60,222 nt of DNA from a virus (Duplodnaviria; Caudoviricetes). Below, in pieces: positions 16,934-26,334 of the stretch. The notes below the pieces were generated by a model. It was not told the DNA's origin. It saw nothing but the letters and a program-made list of their open reading frames with translations, and did not search any database. Location: positions 1-60,222 of the IMG/VR virus record IMGVR_UViG_3300042898_005595. One strand, written 5' to 3'. Numbering within the stretch: position 1 is the first letter of the stretch; each line of letters begins with the position of its first letter. Position numbers and translations under genes: made by a program.

Positions 16934-16960
16934 AAAAGACCTCGAAAGAGGTCTTTTTTT
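16934..16960. terminator. Intrinsic terminator
   Basis: AAAAGACCTC-GAAA-GAGGTCTTTTTTT. Confidence 0.8.
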
Positions 16961-17408
16961 ATTTCAAAACTACCCAATTTCTCAATATGATAAAAATCCA
17001 TAATATAGAGAATAACAAATTACTTATAATTGATAGATTAGGTCTAATGTCAAAAAAGTACAAAATAATTTGTATAAATAATAAAGAAATACCAACAACT
17101 ATTGTAATATTTTGAATTTTATCGAAATTTTTATGAACTAAATACTCACCTAATAAGTCAAAATAAAATTTTGGACGTGAATTAATCTGATAAATCCTAA
17201 GCTCACGAAAACAGGACTTACATCGCCAAACTTTATCTTCATTAGTTATTTCACTTGTATTGAAAGTCGAGCAACCGTGACAAATATAACCATCACGTTT
17301 CATTTTTAAACGACCTATAAGATGTTTTAATCCACCAGATCTTCGGACCTGAATAAAAGCGATTAAAATTAAAATAAGTGGAAATAAGCTAATAATAAAT
17401 GATATCAT
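16959..17408 (-). CDS. Membrane protein with zinc ribbon
   Basis: TM segments; CHGC..CKSC. Confidence 0.6.
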   Translation of the reverse strand: MISFIISLFPLILILIAFIQVRRSGGLKHLIGRLKMKRDGYICHGCSTFNTSEITNEDKVWRCKSCFRELRIYQINSRPKFYFDLLGEYLVHKNFDKIQNITIVVGISLLFIQIILYFFDIRPNLSIISNLLFSILWIFIILRNWVVLK

Positions 17409-17818
17409 TTTGATCTACTTTTAGAACATTCTGGGCCAAATCCACTTTCAATACTTTTAGGAACTGTTAATACTTTACCACATTTACCACATCTACCTTG
17501 ATGCCAAATTTCAATTAACGGAGAGAGTGTTCCAGTATTCAACTTGGAAAGAACGAAATCAAATACTTTCACACTTTGTGATGTATCATAAATCCTTGAC
17601 TTTTTAGAATGTCTGAAGACATTAGATTTAATAGATCCAATAAATTCAAACATATCTGGGTTGGTCAAAACACTTACAAAGTAAACATCGTCTAATTTAT
17701 GTTTTTTAACTTTGAACGTGAATCTGTTACCGGATTCAGCATTTAAGAGGGTGAATAAAGAGTTACCACCTAAAATAAAGTCGAGTGCTAATGTGTGATC
17801 AATTTTATTTGATTTCAT
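17405..17818 (-). CDS. DUF6011-like zinc-finger protein
   Basis: GRCGKCGKVLTVPKSIESGFGPEC; likely ATG at 17818 after TTTG-N19-TATTTTTG. Confidence 0.7.
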   Translation of the reverse strand: MKSNKIDHTLALDFILGGNSLFTLLNAESGNRFTFKVKKHKLDDVYFVSVLTNPDMFEFIGSIKSNVFRHSKKSRIYDTSQSVKVFDFVLSKLNTGTLSPLIEIWHQGRCGKCGKVLTVPKSIESGFGPECSKSRSK

Positions 17819-17863
17819 TTCACAAAAATACAAAAAAAGTTTTAAAAAACAAATATATAATGT

Positions 17864-18217
17864 ATGAAACACTTAAAAAAATTTGAAAACTTCAAAATCA
17901 ACGAATTCTTTGATTTTGAGAAAGAATTCGATATCGATGAGGATGTACTATCATATGTATTTGAAGACTTATTAACTAAATATACATATCTATCAGTAAA
18001 ACTAGTAGAGGTTGATAAAAGTAACTTCAAAGTAGAAATATATGATCAGAGTCCTGATACTAAAGATAATCTAGAAGACGAATATAACTTCCTTAAAAAA
18101 GAGGAAAATATGTATCAAATTAAAGGACACTTTGATGTTATGGACTTTAAGATAACCGATTTTAAATATGATAAAGGACGTAATAAAATTATATTTACAA
18201 TTAACAAAATTAGTTAA
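17864..18217 (+). CDS. Hypothetical protein with CTS-like N-terminus
   Basis: MKHLKKFENFKINE. Confidence 0.65.
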   Translation: MKHLKKFENFKINEFFDFEKEFDIDEDVLSYVFEDLLTKYTYLSVKLVEVDKSNFKVEIYDQSPDTKDNLEDEYNFLKKEENMYQIKGHFDVMDFKITDFKYDKGRNKIIFTINKIS

Positions 18218-18572
18218 TATCTACAATACCGTTTAAAATGTCTCTTACGGTTGCTGCCTCTTCGTATCTCTCAACAGATACACAGAGTTCTAATACTTTG
18301 TTTAAAACATCAATTTGACAATCATCTCTTATCAAATCAATAAAATTAGGATCATATTTGAATATTCTGTTTGCAGTAACATTCTTGGTCTTAGGTGATA
18401 TCCATTGCTCATCAATGATAATATCATCATCTTCATTTTGATAGACAACATATGATGCTTTAAGTCCGAACTTATCTATTATCGAATCAAAATAATCGTG
18501 GGAATCATCTCCAAATATATCCTCAAAATTCATTCTACTCATAAACTTATATATTAACTTATATTTCCACAT
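18210..18572 (-). CDS. Protein with C-terminal UVR (UvrB/C) motif
   Basis: ERYEEAATVRD. Confidence 0.55.
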   Translation of the reverse strand: MWKYKLIYKFMSRMNFEDIFGDDSHDYFDSIIDKFGLKASYVVYQNEDDDIIIDEQWISPKTKNVTANRIFKYDPNFIDLIRDDCQIDVLNKVLELCVSVERYEEAATVRDILNGIVDIN

Positions 18573-19261
18573 TTTAATATATGATATATTAAGACAGCAT
18601 CATTAATATCTTCATGTGGTTTCTGTATATCTTTAACAGATAAGACCTCTTCTCTAACTGATTTCAAATATTTGAACCACGGGTCTTCAATTTTATCATT
18701 CTCCATTATAGCCATTGCCATATCTCTTTTAGTGAATTTACCACCGGATAAACCTAACTTATTTCTATACTCATACTCAATTCTTTTAACCTTTTTACCA
18801 ACTTCTTTAACAATTGGTTCATAAGTTAATTTACAAGCCTCTAACTTTAGAGTAGATGGAGACATAACAATAATTCTTTCCGAAACACTATCAAACAACT
18901 TTTTTCTTAATAAAGTTGAAAAAGTAACTAAATCAACCAAATCACCAACAGTTGCTCCAAAATTATATCCTTCAATTCCTATTATTGATTCTTCATCAGG
19001 GTTAATTCTTTGTAAAATATCATCAATAATCATTTCAGTTATAGTATCATAATCTTTTAGTTTAGTCAATTCACCATCTGAATAATTATCAAAGTTCCTA
19101 TAATTAATATAACGGTAGGTACAATATTGTTCAGCAGACTTAAACCACTTAGACATTCCATTTTTTAACATAACTTTAGACTCTCTACAATAATTTAATA
19201 TTGTACCATTTACAACAACAGCGGTAGATATTAATGACGGATCAATTCCTATAAAATTCAC
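18554..19261 (-). CDS. RuvC-like Holliday junction resolvase
   Basis: FIGIDPS, IGIEGY, SPSTLK, DINDA. Confidence 0.7.
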   Translation of the reverse strand: MNFIGIDPSLISTAVVVNGTILNYCRESKVMLKNGMSKWFKSAEQYCTYRYINYRNFDNYSDGELTKLKDYDTITEMIIDDILQRINPDEESIIGIEGYNFGATVGDLVDLVTFSTLLRKKLFDSVSERIIVMSPSTLKLEACKLTYEPIVKEVGKKVKRIEYEYRNKLGLSGGKFTKRDMAMAIMENDKIEDPWFKYLKSVREEVLSVKDIQKPHEDINDAVLIYHILKCGNIS

Positions 19262-19326
19262 AAATTTTAAACATTTTTTTATTATATATCAAATAAACTA
19301 ACCTTAGTAGCGATTATATAATCCGT

Positions 19327-19854
19327 ATGAAGAAAAAAGCTTTGAAAAAGATAATTGAAAATAGTATTTCAAATTCATTAAATTATCGAAATGATAAATA
19401 TGATAAATATGAGGTAATGGCGGAAAAAAACTCATACAATGACTTTATATTTACAAGTTCAAGTGATGAAACAAAAAAAAGAAGCCGAAACCTTATCTAT
19501 AGAATAATATCTTTAAGAGATAAGTTAAATTTTAATATTAGTGATAATTCTATAAATATAAACTCAGAATTATCAAGACTTAAAAATAATCATAAGTCTG
19601 TATCAAGTCCAACTTCAATATATTCAGACGAATATTTTAGTTTAGAAATTATAAAAAATGTTGGATATCTACTATCATTTAATGAACAAAGACTTGGATT
19701 TAAAGATGAAAGTCTTTATGATGATACAATCGATCAAATTAGAACTACATTTGATAAATTGAATCAAGAAAATTTCCTTGAAATTTATTCAAAAATAATG
19801 AAAGATTCAGGTCTTGCTAGGAATTCAAATCTTGATGAGTTATTAGAGGACTAA
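19327..19854 (+). CDS. Hypothetical protein
   Basis: ORF track. Confidence 0.6.
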   Translation: MKKKALKKIIENSISNSLNYRNDKYDKYEVMAEKNSYNDFIFTSSSDETKKRSRNLIYRIISLRDKLNFNISDNSININSELSRLKNNHKSVSSPTSIYSDEYFSLEIIKNVGYLLSFNEQRLGFKDESLYDDTIDQIRTTFDKLNQENFLEIYSKIMKDSGLARNSNLDELLED

Positions 19855-21843
19855 TTACTTATCAATCTTTTTTAAATCCTCATGAGAATCAACGATCCAG
19901 TTACGAACACTGCCAAACTTCTCAATAACTTCTTTTAGACTAGAATCCCTTTTATTTCCTATTTTGTAGTTTTGCTCAGAGCAAGTTACTTTACCACTAT
20001 CGATATATCCCTGTAATCTATCCAGAACTTCCAATTTCTTAGAAGCCGGTTGTATCTTTTGAGTATGACCACACCATTTAATAACTTGTTCAAAACCTTC
20101 TGCATAAGTCCCACCCTTTCCTATGAAATATTCTAAAATATCCCAGTATTGATACTCTGCAGCATGTTTAGTATTCATCTGTCTCCGGTTATCACTATTA
20201 ACATCATAACCTTCTAACATTTTAACTAGATTTATCTTACCATTTTTAATAGCTGTTCTCATTGGCATATTATCATTAAAGTTAGGATCTAATCCATTAT
20301 CTAAACAGAATTTAACAGCATCTTCATCTTCAACTAAAGATTTAAATACCTGTGGAGTTATCTCAGCACCTTTACTAATTAAAAGTTTTAATATATCAAA
20401 TGATTTTACTTTATTAACAGTTGCTTCTTGTCTAGATCTTAAATTAGCAGAAGCACCATAATCTAATAGAAATTCAACTTTTTTAATATCATCATCAGAT
20501 ACTGCATTATCAAGAGCGGCACCATTACCAGCATTAACATCAGCACCATCCTCTACGATATACTTTTTAAGTTCTTCTATAGACAATCCTTTTTTAACCA
20601 CTTCTCTATTTGCTATAATTCTTCTTTTTTTCTCACTTATTTCCGCATCAGTCATTGGCTCTAAACCAGACCAAATAAATCCCTTTTCTAATCCTAATTC
20701 AGCTTCAAATTTATTAAAAATTCCCTGAAAAGTACTAGATGCACCAGCATCATTTTTCAAGTGACAAGCCCTAACTTGTTGTTTAGGTGCAATAGTAATA
20801 CCAATAATTGACTCATTATTAGATGGTGATAAGTTAAAGTTTAAAATTGAATATTGTTTATTAAAAACATCATCACCACCAACATAACTATTCCACTGTC
20901 CTAAATATTGAGCAATACACCAAGATGTATTTGAGAATAGGTCTTTACAAGCTGCAAATGATTTAACTTCCATTACCAATAGACCACCATCATCATACAT
21001 AACTTTTACACCATAATCTCCATACTTTTTATTACATTTATCAATTGCTTCATAAAATTTAACAACATCCGCATTTGACTCTGCCTTTAAGAAACTCTCA
21101 GCTCCCGCAGTTAATTCTCTAATTGTTTTATATCTTCCAATCTTATCGAAGAATCTTTTTTGAATAGTTCTTTGCTTTTCAAAATCTATTCTATTTGTAT
21201 CACTATCTTTACCTAAATCATCAAAAGCTCCTGCAATATCCATCAATTTATCTTTGAAGAATTTAGGAGAGTTAGCATAATCTCTTTTTAAATCTGAATT
21301 AAACTCATCTATAAATCTCTTCAACTTTCTATATCTTTTGATATCTTCTATATCATCAATAAGTTGTTCTGTGTTATTTGGAATATTTGCATCAATATAA
21401 TTAGAAATTGGTCTTCTTAATTTGTTAAGTAGATCACCATATGTTACTAAATCATCAAATATTCCTTTTAATTCAGTTATCTCTGTTCTTTCTTTAAAAT
21501 ATAAATATGTAAACATTTGAGCCCATCCTAATTTATCTCCTAAAAGATCTCTAATTTCTTGAAACTTAGGATGTCTTTCAACTTGTCTTAATTCATCTTC
21601 AGATAGTTTAATCTCACGAACTTTCTTTCTAGCCTCACCTTTTATTTCTTCAGGTAAATCATTAAAGTTTATTGAAACTCCATCTTTATCCAATAAAAAC
21701 ATTCCAGAAGGATCTGTTTTTGTAGGAGAAAGTTCTTTTACCGCTTTGTTTAGAATAAAAGTATCTTTTAATATCTTTTTAGCACCAGCGACATTTTCGT
21801 TGATTTTTAAATTATTATTAAATTCTGAATATCTAAATAACAT
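19855..21843 (-). CDS. Ankyrin-repeat protein with central PcfJ-like (TSWCIA) domain
   Basis: GADVNAGNGAAL..VEFLLDYGA..LLISKGA..NGLDPN repeats; NTSWCIA..WNSY. Confidence 0.7.
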   Translation of the reverse strand: MLFRYSEFNNNLKINENVAGAKKILKDTFILNKAVKELSPTKTDPSGMFLLDKDGVSINFNDLPEEIKGEARKKVREIKLSEDELRQVERHPKFQEIRDLLGDKLGWAQMFTYLYFKERTEITELKGIFDDLVTYGDLLNKLRRPISNYIDANIPNNTEQLIDDIEDIKRYRKLKRFIDEFNSDLKRDYANSPKFFKDKLMDIAGAFDDLGKDSDTNRIDFEKQRTIQKRFFDKIGRYKTIRELTAGAESFLKAESNADVVKFYEAIDKCNKKYGDYGVKVMYDDGGLLVMEVKSFAACKDLFSNTSWCIAQYLGQWNSYVGGDDVFNKQYSILNFNLSPSNNESIIGITIAPKQQVRACHLKNDAGASSTFQGIFNKFEAELGLEKGFIWSGLEPMTDAEISEKKRRIIANREVVKKGLSIEELKKYIVEDGADVNAGNGAALDNAVSDDDIKKVEFLLDYGASANLRSRQEATVNKVKSFDILKLLISKGAEITPQVFKSLVEDEDAVKFCLDNGLDPNFNDNMPMRTAIKNGKINLVKMLEGYDVNSDNRRQMNTKHAAEYQYWDILEYFIGKGGTYAEGFEQVIKWCGHTQKIQPASKKLEVLDRLQGYIDSGKVTCSEQNYKIGNKRDSSLKEVIEKFGSVRNWIVDSHEDLKKIDK

Positions 21844-21855
21844 ATTTCTATTTTT

Positions 21856-23283
21856 TTATTTATTAGGAAATCTTCTTTCTATTTCATCTCTGATTTCTGA
21901 TGCTCTTTCATATTCTTCTTTAGCTTCAGCATCTTTCAATTCACCCTGTAAATCCGATAAAGTTTTTTCACCTGAAACAGGAGCTTTAGCAACTTCCGCT
22001 TTAGTTGGACTTGACTTACTTTGTTGATATTTAAACTCTTGTTCAAGTGATGCAACAGAACTAGCAACAATAGGGAAAAATAAACTTTCAATATCATCTT
22101 TCTTATCTGCTAAAACACCATAAACAACTTTTAACATTTCTTTTGCATCATCCTTACCCATAGCAGCTAAGAATCCAAAAACATAAAAGAATAATTGTTC
22201 TTGAAAAGAAGCTAATTGATTTTCAGCATCTGATATCTCCTCTGCTCTACCATTAACTATATTTCTTGTTAAATTATCTATAATAATTTTAACTTTAGGA
22301 TGAGTGTTGATTACTTTTTCAAACTGTCCTTGCATTGATGGACCATATTTAAACTCTTGTGGCTCATCAAGTGTAGTATCAGTATTTTGTAATACTTGCT
22401 TAGCAATTTCTTCTGGTAGATGTTCTAAACTCATCTGAGTACATAGTTTATAAATACCTTTTAATGACTCGTGAATTAGAATACCTAAATCAACACCTCT
22501 TGCTTTAATTCTAACCTCAACCTCACTTAAAATATCTGATTCAGTTTCAGTCAAATCTACACCGTTTTCCAAGTCTTTAATTAACTTTTCAGCATCTTTT
22601 TGTGTTTCTTCTTCATCTTTCTTTTTTTCTTCAATCTCAATATCACAAGCTCCTTGAGCATTTGATTTAATTGCTCTTGAAATTTGTGCCTCTGATAAAG
22701 TAGCATCAAAAAATGCCATAACTTTAACTATATTATTCAAATTATCAATATATGATTGAGCTCTAGTTCCAAGAATTTCTTTGATACCATCCTTAAATAA
22801 AGGTAAATTCAACAATGCTTTAGAATTAAGACCTTTTCCTTGTTGAATAGTTCTTAATATTTTTCTCTTCATTATTTCATTTAAAACTCTCTCATCAACA
22901 ATATCTTCAATACTTTGTCTTGGCGGTGCCTCAGGTGTTCCAGACATCATTTGTCTAGCCTCATTACCTATTTTAAAATCCAAAGTAACATCATTTAATA
23001 ATGTACCAAACAATTGATAGAAAGCTTTTTCACACAGTTCAGATAATTCTGTTTCTTTACCACTTTGTAGTCTTTGAGAATCTTGAATAAATCTTGGGAA
23101 GTTTTGTAATAATCCCATGTTATTTCTTTCAAAATCTCTAACTTTATCTTGTTGTTCTCTATTAGTTTTATCCAACCAAGATGGTCCTTGAGTATCACCT
23201 TCACCAGGAATACCTATATTTCCTTTTAATGATGCCTCATTTACATCACTCATAAATTGTTTAAAGTTTTTAGAGATTCCCAT
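21856..23283 (-). CDS. Hypothetical protein with C-terminal UVR motif
   Basis: LIHESLKG; EEYERASEIRDEI. Confidence 0.6.
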   Translation of the reverse strand: MGISKNFKQFMSDVNEASLKGNIGIPGEGDTQGPSWLDKTNREQQDKVRDFERNNMGLLQNFPRFIQDSQRLQSGKETELSELCEKAFYQLFGTLLNDVTLDFKIGNEARQMMSGTPEAPPRQSIEDIVDERVLNEIMKRKILRTIQQGKGLNSKALLNLPLFKDGIKEILGTRAQSYIDNLNNIVKVMAFFDATLSEAQISRAIKSNAQGACDIEIEEKKKDEEETQKDAEKLIKDLENGVDLTETESDILSEVEVRIKARGVDLGILIHESLKGIYKLCTQMSLEHLPEEIAKQVLQNTDTTLDEPQEFKYGPSMQGQFEKVINTHPKVKIIIDNLTRNIVNGRAEEISDAENQLASFQEQLFFYVFGFLAAMGKDDAKEMLKVVYGVLADKKDDIESLFFPIVASSVASLEQEFKYQQSKSSPTKAEVAKAPVSGEKTLSDLQGELKDAEAKEEYERASEIRDEIERRFPNK

Positions 23284-23770
23284 ATTTACTTTCTATATTT
23301 TTTAACATTTCTTGACCTTCTGAAGTATCTTTTACTTTGTTTAATTCACTAAAAAACATATTCATAACCTCGTCAAATGTTCCCATTGGTTTTTCCTGTG
23401 TACCTGGACTAGGTTTTTGTGTTGGAATTGGTCTCCAAGGTCTTGGAGTTGTACCAGGTGTTGTAGTTGGAGGAGCTGTTACCGGAGCAGTTTCAACTTC
23501 ACCACCCATTCTAAATTCCTCATATGTCTTCATCATACCCATCGGTCTTTCTTTAGTACTTGGATCTGGTTTTTGTGTTGGAACCGGTCTCCAAGGTCTT
23601 GTTATAGGTTCCTTTGGCTTAACTGGTGGAGCAATAGTTACTTCTTCTGTATCTGTCGATGAACCATCTAAAGTAGCAAACCTATTTTCAATAGCACTCT
23701 TATAAACATCAGATAATTCCTTACTAACAGGCTTAGTACCAAAACTCTCAAACTTTTTTATATACTTCAT
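23270..23770 (-). CDS. Pro/Thr-rich protein with two internal repeats, each led by a CTS-like motif
   Basis: MKYIKKFESF..RPWRPVPTQKP..PMG and MKTYEEF..RPWRPIPTQKP..PMG. Confidence 0.7.
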   Translation of the reverse strand: MKYIKKFESFGTKPVSKELSDVYKSAIENRFATLDGSSTDTEEVTIAPPVKPKEPITRPWRPVPTQKPDPSTKERPMGMMKTYEEFRMGGEVETAPVTAPPTTTPGTTPRPWRPIPTQKPSPGTQEKPMGTFDEVMNMFFSELNKVKDTSEGQEMLKNIESKYGNL

Positions 23771-23819
23771 ATATAAGCGTTAAATTTTATTTATATATTA
23801 AATTTAGAAATACACATTT

Positions 23820-24308
23820 ATGAAAATATTACCTATAAAAACAAAGGAAGAATACTACACATATTCTAAATATTTAGATACTCTTTATGGAATAGAATTA
23901 GATGAAGAACAAACAAATGAGGTACTTGTTATTCAACAACTTCTGGAACACTACGAACAAAATAATTTATCAAAAGTTGGTGAAGAATTTGATACATCGG
24001 AAGATTTAGATTATATTTATGAACTAATACAAGGTGTCTCATCTTTAGAAAAATTTGGTTTATTAGAAAGAGTTTGCAAATTACAAGAAGAGTTAGGAGA
24101 ACTATCAGCAGAGGTACTAAAATCAATAGGATTTAAAAATTCAGATCTAACTCTTGATCAAATTAGGGAGAATATTTTACTAGAGTCAGTTGATTGTCTA
24201 ATAATGTCTCTAGATATTCTATCATATCAAGGTTTCTCTAGAAAAGAAATAGTGGATATGGCAAATAGTCAAATTGAAAAATGGATTTTAAACATAAAAA
24301 CAAAATAA
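23820..24308 (+). CDS. MazG-like NTP pyrophosphohydrolase with HigA-like N-terminus
   Basis: KLQEELGEL..LESVD; IKTKEEY..LLEHYE. Confidence 0.65.
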   Translation: MKILPIKTKEEYYTYSKYLDTLYGIELDEEQTNEVLVIQQLLEHYEQNNLSKVGEEFDTSEDLDYIYELIQGVSSLEKFGLLERVCKLQEELGELSAEVLKSIGFKNSDLTLDQIRENILLESVDCLIMSLDILSYQGFSRKEIVDMANSQIEKWILNIKTK

Positions 24309-24309
24309 A

Positions 24310-24741
24310 ATGAAAGCATACGTAATTTTACAAAGAGGGTTTGAATATAATGATGAAATATATTCCTCACAAGATAGTGGATGTGGATTTCCAAAAAAGA
24401 TATTCTACACAAAAGAAGGCGCTAAAGAAGAAGTGTTAAGATTAAATATTAATGAGATGAAATCATCTAATATAACAGATTATGCTTATGATGTAGAAGA
24501 TATTTGTGATGATGTAGAAGAACTAACAAATTTTTGTAAAAAGATGTTAGAAACATACGGACCAGTTCCTACAAGTGATAACATATGGGATAGAGCAGAT
24601 GAATATAGATTACATCCATCTGCAACAGATGAAGACTCAAAAAAATATATGAAAATAGTAGATCTTGATTTCTTTGAAATCGTAGAAACGGAAATAGATC
24701 AACAGGATTTAATCGACTCAAGAATAAAATCTATAATTTAA
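24310..24741 (+). CDS. Hypothetical protein
   Basis: ORF track. Confidence 0.6.
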   Translation: MKAYVILQRGFEYNDEIYSSQDSGCGFPKKIFYTKEGAKEEVLRLNINEMKSSNITDYAYDVEDICDDVEELTNFCKKMLETYGPVPTSDNIWDRADEYRLHPSATDEDSKKYMKIVDLDFFEIVETEIDQQDLIDSRIKSII

Positions 24742-24770
24742 AAAAAACCCACTTTTAAGTGGGTTTTTTT
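24740..24770 (+). terminator. Intrinsic terminator
   Basis: AAAAAAACCCACTT-TT-AAGTGGGTTTTTTT. Confidence 0.8.
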
Positions 24771-24781
24771 ATATATACATT

Positions 24782-25225
24782 ATGAAACGATTTACATCAA
24801 TATTAGAGTCTTCTGATAAATACTATAAAATTCTAGTTGAATTAGAATTAATATTAAAGGCTAATAACGAAGGAGAGGCTAGTTATCTATCAGATTCTAT
24901 AGTTAGTTCAATAAAAGGTCAATCCGACTTTAAAATTAAAAGTGTAGAAGAGGAAACTACCAATCTTCAAGCAAAATTTGAAAATATGAATACCAGCGAT
25001 TGGTCAGTCATAAATGGAAAACTACAAAAAATATTCACACTTGATGATTTCCAAAAAGCTATTTATTTTGTCAATAAAATTGCAAAGCTCGCTGAAGAAG
25101 AGAATCATCATCCTGAAATAAATATAGATCATAATACAGTAATTGTAAGATTATTCACAAAGGATCAAAATAAAGTATCAGAACTAGACGAGCAAATGTC
25201 TAATAAAATAAATAAATTATTATAA
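24782..25225 (+). CDS. Pterin-4a-carbinolamine dehydratase-domain protein
   Basis: W..L.K.F..DF..A..FVN.IA..AEEENHHPEI. Confidence 0.8.
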   Translation: MKRFTSILESSDKYYKILVELELILKANNEGEASYLSDSIVSSIKGQSDFKIKSVEEETTNLQAKFENMNTSDWSVINGKLQKIFTLDDFQKAIYFVNKIAKLAEEENHHPEINIDHNTVIVRLFTKDQNKVSELDEQMSNKINKLL

Positions 25226-25255
25226 TTTAATATATAAAAAAAATAAAAATCTATT

Positions 25256-25774
25256 ATGAAAAGATTTTCAACAGTACAAAAAGAATCTAAAGTTAGAAAA
25301 ATAAATGAGCAAGAATTAACTCTACCTCAAAATACAGAGATTACTAAACAAGAACAAACAGAACCTCAAGGACAGGAACAAGAACAAACTGGAGAATCTA
25401 CACCTGTTAAATTCTTTTCAAAGTTATTTGAAGCTAGACAAATGGCACACATTTTCCATTTACAAGTTAAAGCAGAAATGGGATCAGGTTGGGAACACGA
25501 CGCACTTAAAGATTTTTATGATGGTATTTTAGAATTTGCGGATGATTTGATAGAAACTTATCAAGGACAATATGGAATTGTCGAAGGATATGAGATTATT
25601 GATCCATCAGCAACTGGTCAAATGAAATCAATAGAATATATAAAACAAACTGTTGATTATATAAGATCTGAAAGAAAAGCAATTAAAGAAGAAGATACAC
25701 ATCTTCACAATGTAATTGATGAGATTATAGCTCTGTTTTATAAAACAATTTATAAATTAACTAACTTAAAGTAA
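25256..25774 (+). CDS. Ferritin/Dps-like protein (DUF5856-like)
   Basis: HIFHLQ..EHDALKDFYD..DDLIETYQG..DEI..YKLTNL. Confidence 0.7.
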   Translation: MKRFSTVQKESKVRKINEQELTLPQNTEITKQEQTEPQGQEQEQTGESTPVKFFSKLFEARQMAHIFHLQVKAEMGSGWEHDALKDFYDGILEFADDLIETYQGQYGIVEGYEIIDPSATGQMKSIEYIKQTVDYIRSERKAIKEEDTHLHNVIDEIIALFYKTIYKLTNLK

Positions 25775-25991
25775 CATTAAAATCCTCGATATTCTCGAGG
25801 ATTTTTTTTATCTTTTTAATTTTAGGATTTATCATTGTCTGTATGTTTGTGGAAGAATATCTACTTGAAATTGACATTGCAGGATTGAAATTAGATTCTA
25901 TAATTATTGCTGGTTTATCCACGATTATATATGGTACCCAAACATAACCCGGATTTAAATTGCTACCTTTTTTACCAATTAATTGACTCAT
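25761..25991 (-). CDS. Mini-protein resembling the C-terminal segment of T4-type major capsid protein
   Basis: PGYVWVPYI..NFNPAMSISSRYS, compared with recalled gp23 AGIYYAPYV..NFQPVMGFKTRYG. Confidence 0.6.
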   Translation of the reverse strand: MSQLIGKKGSNLNPGYVWVPYIIVDKPAIIIESNFNPAMSISSRYSSTNIQTMINPKIKKIKKILENIEDFNVTLS

Positions 25992-25994
25992 TAA

Positions 25995-26300
25995 TTAGTA
26001 TATGTATTTACGACCTGATTTGTTGTAATCTTCCAAAGATAAAATTATATTATCCAATTTATCATAAGCATCAATTAATGATCCTCTAACCAATTGTAAA
26101 TTTGAAACAGAATCATCTATTTGATCATTCTTTGACTTAGTTTTATTTTGAAAGTTACCCAACTCATTAATATATGAGTCAATATTTTCAACCTTCTGAT
26201 TCAAGAATGTCACCATCTGTTGTAAGTCTTCGATTATATCATTTGTTCTATCACCAGATATGTCGGGAATTTCATTTTCAAAAAACTTTTTAATTCTCAT
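25995..26300 (-). CDS. Coiled-coil protein with CTS-like N-terminus
   Basis: Likely start MRIKKFFENE at 26300. Confidence 0.6.
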   Translation of the reverse strand: MRIKKFFENEIPDISGDRTNDIIEDLQQMVTFLNQKVENIDSYINELGNFQNKTKSKNDQIDDSVSNLQLVRGSLIDAYDKLDNIILSLEDYNKSGRKYIY

Positions 26301-26316
26301 ATTTGAATTTACAATT

Positions 26317-26330
26317 TTAATATATATTAA
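26317..26330. promoter_or_regulatory. Palindromic late-promoter-like element between divergent genes
   Basis: TTAATATATATTAA; the AATATATA motif recurs before many genes. Confidence 0.55.
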
Positions 26331-26334
26331 GTAT

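Noticed and set aside
23337-23705. Antisense ORFs within the Pro-rich gene, and similar short antisense ORFs elsewhere
   Set aside because: Fully nested opposite well-supported genes
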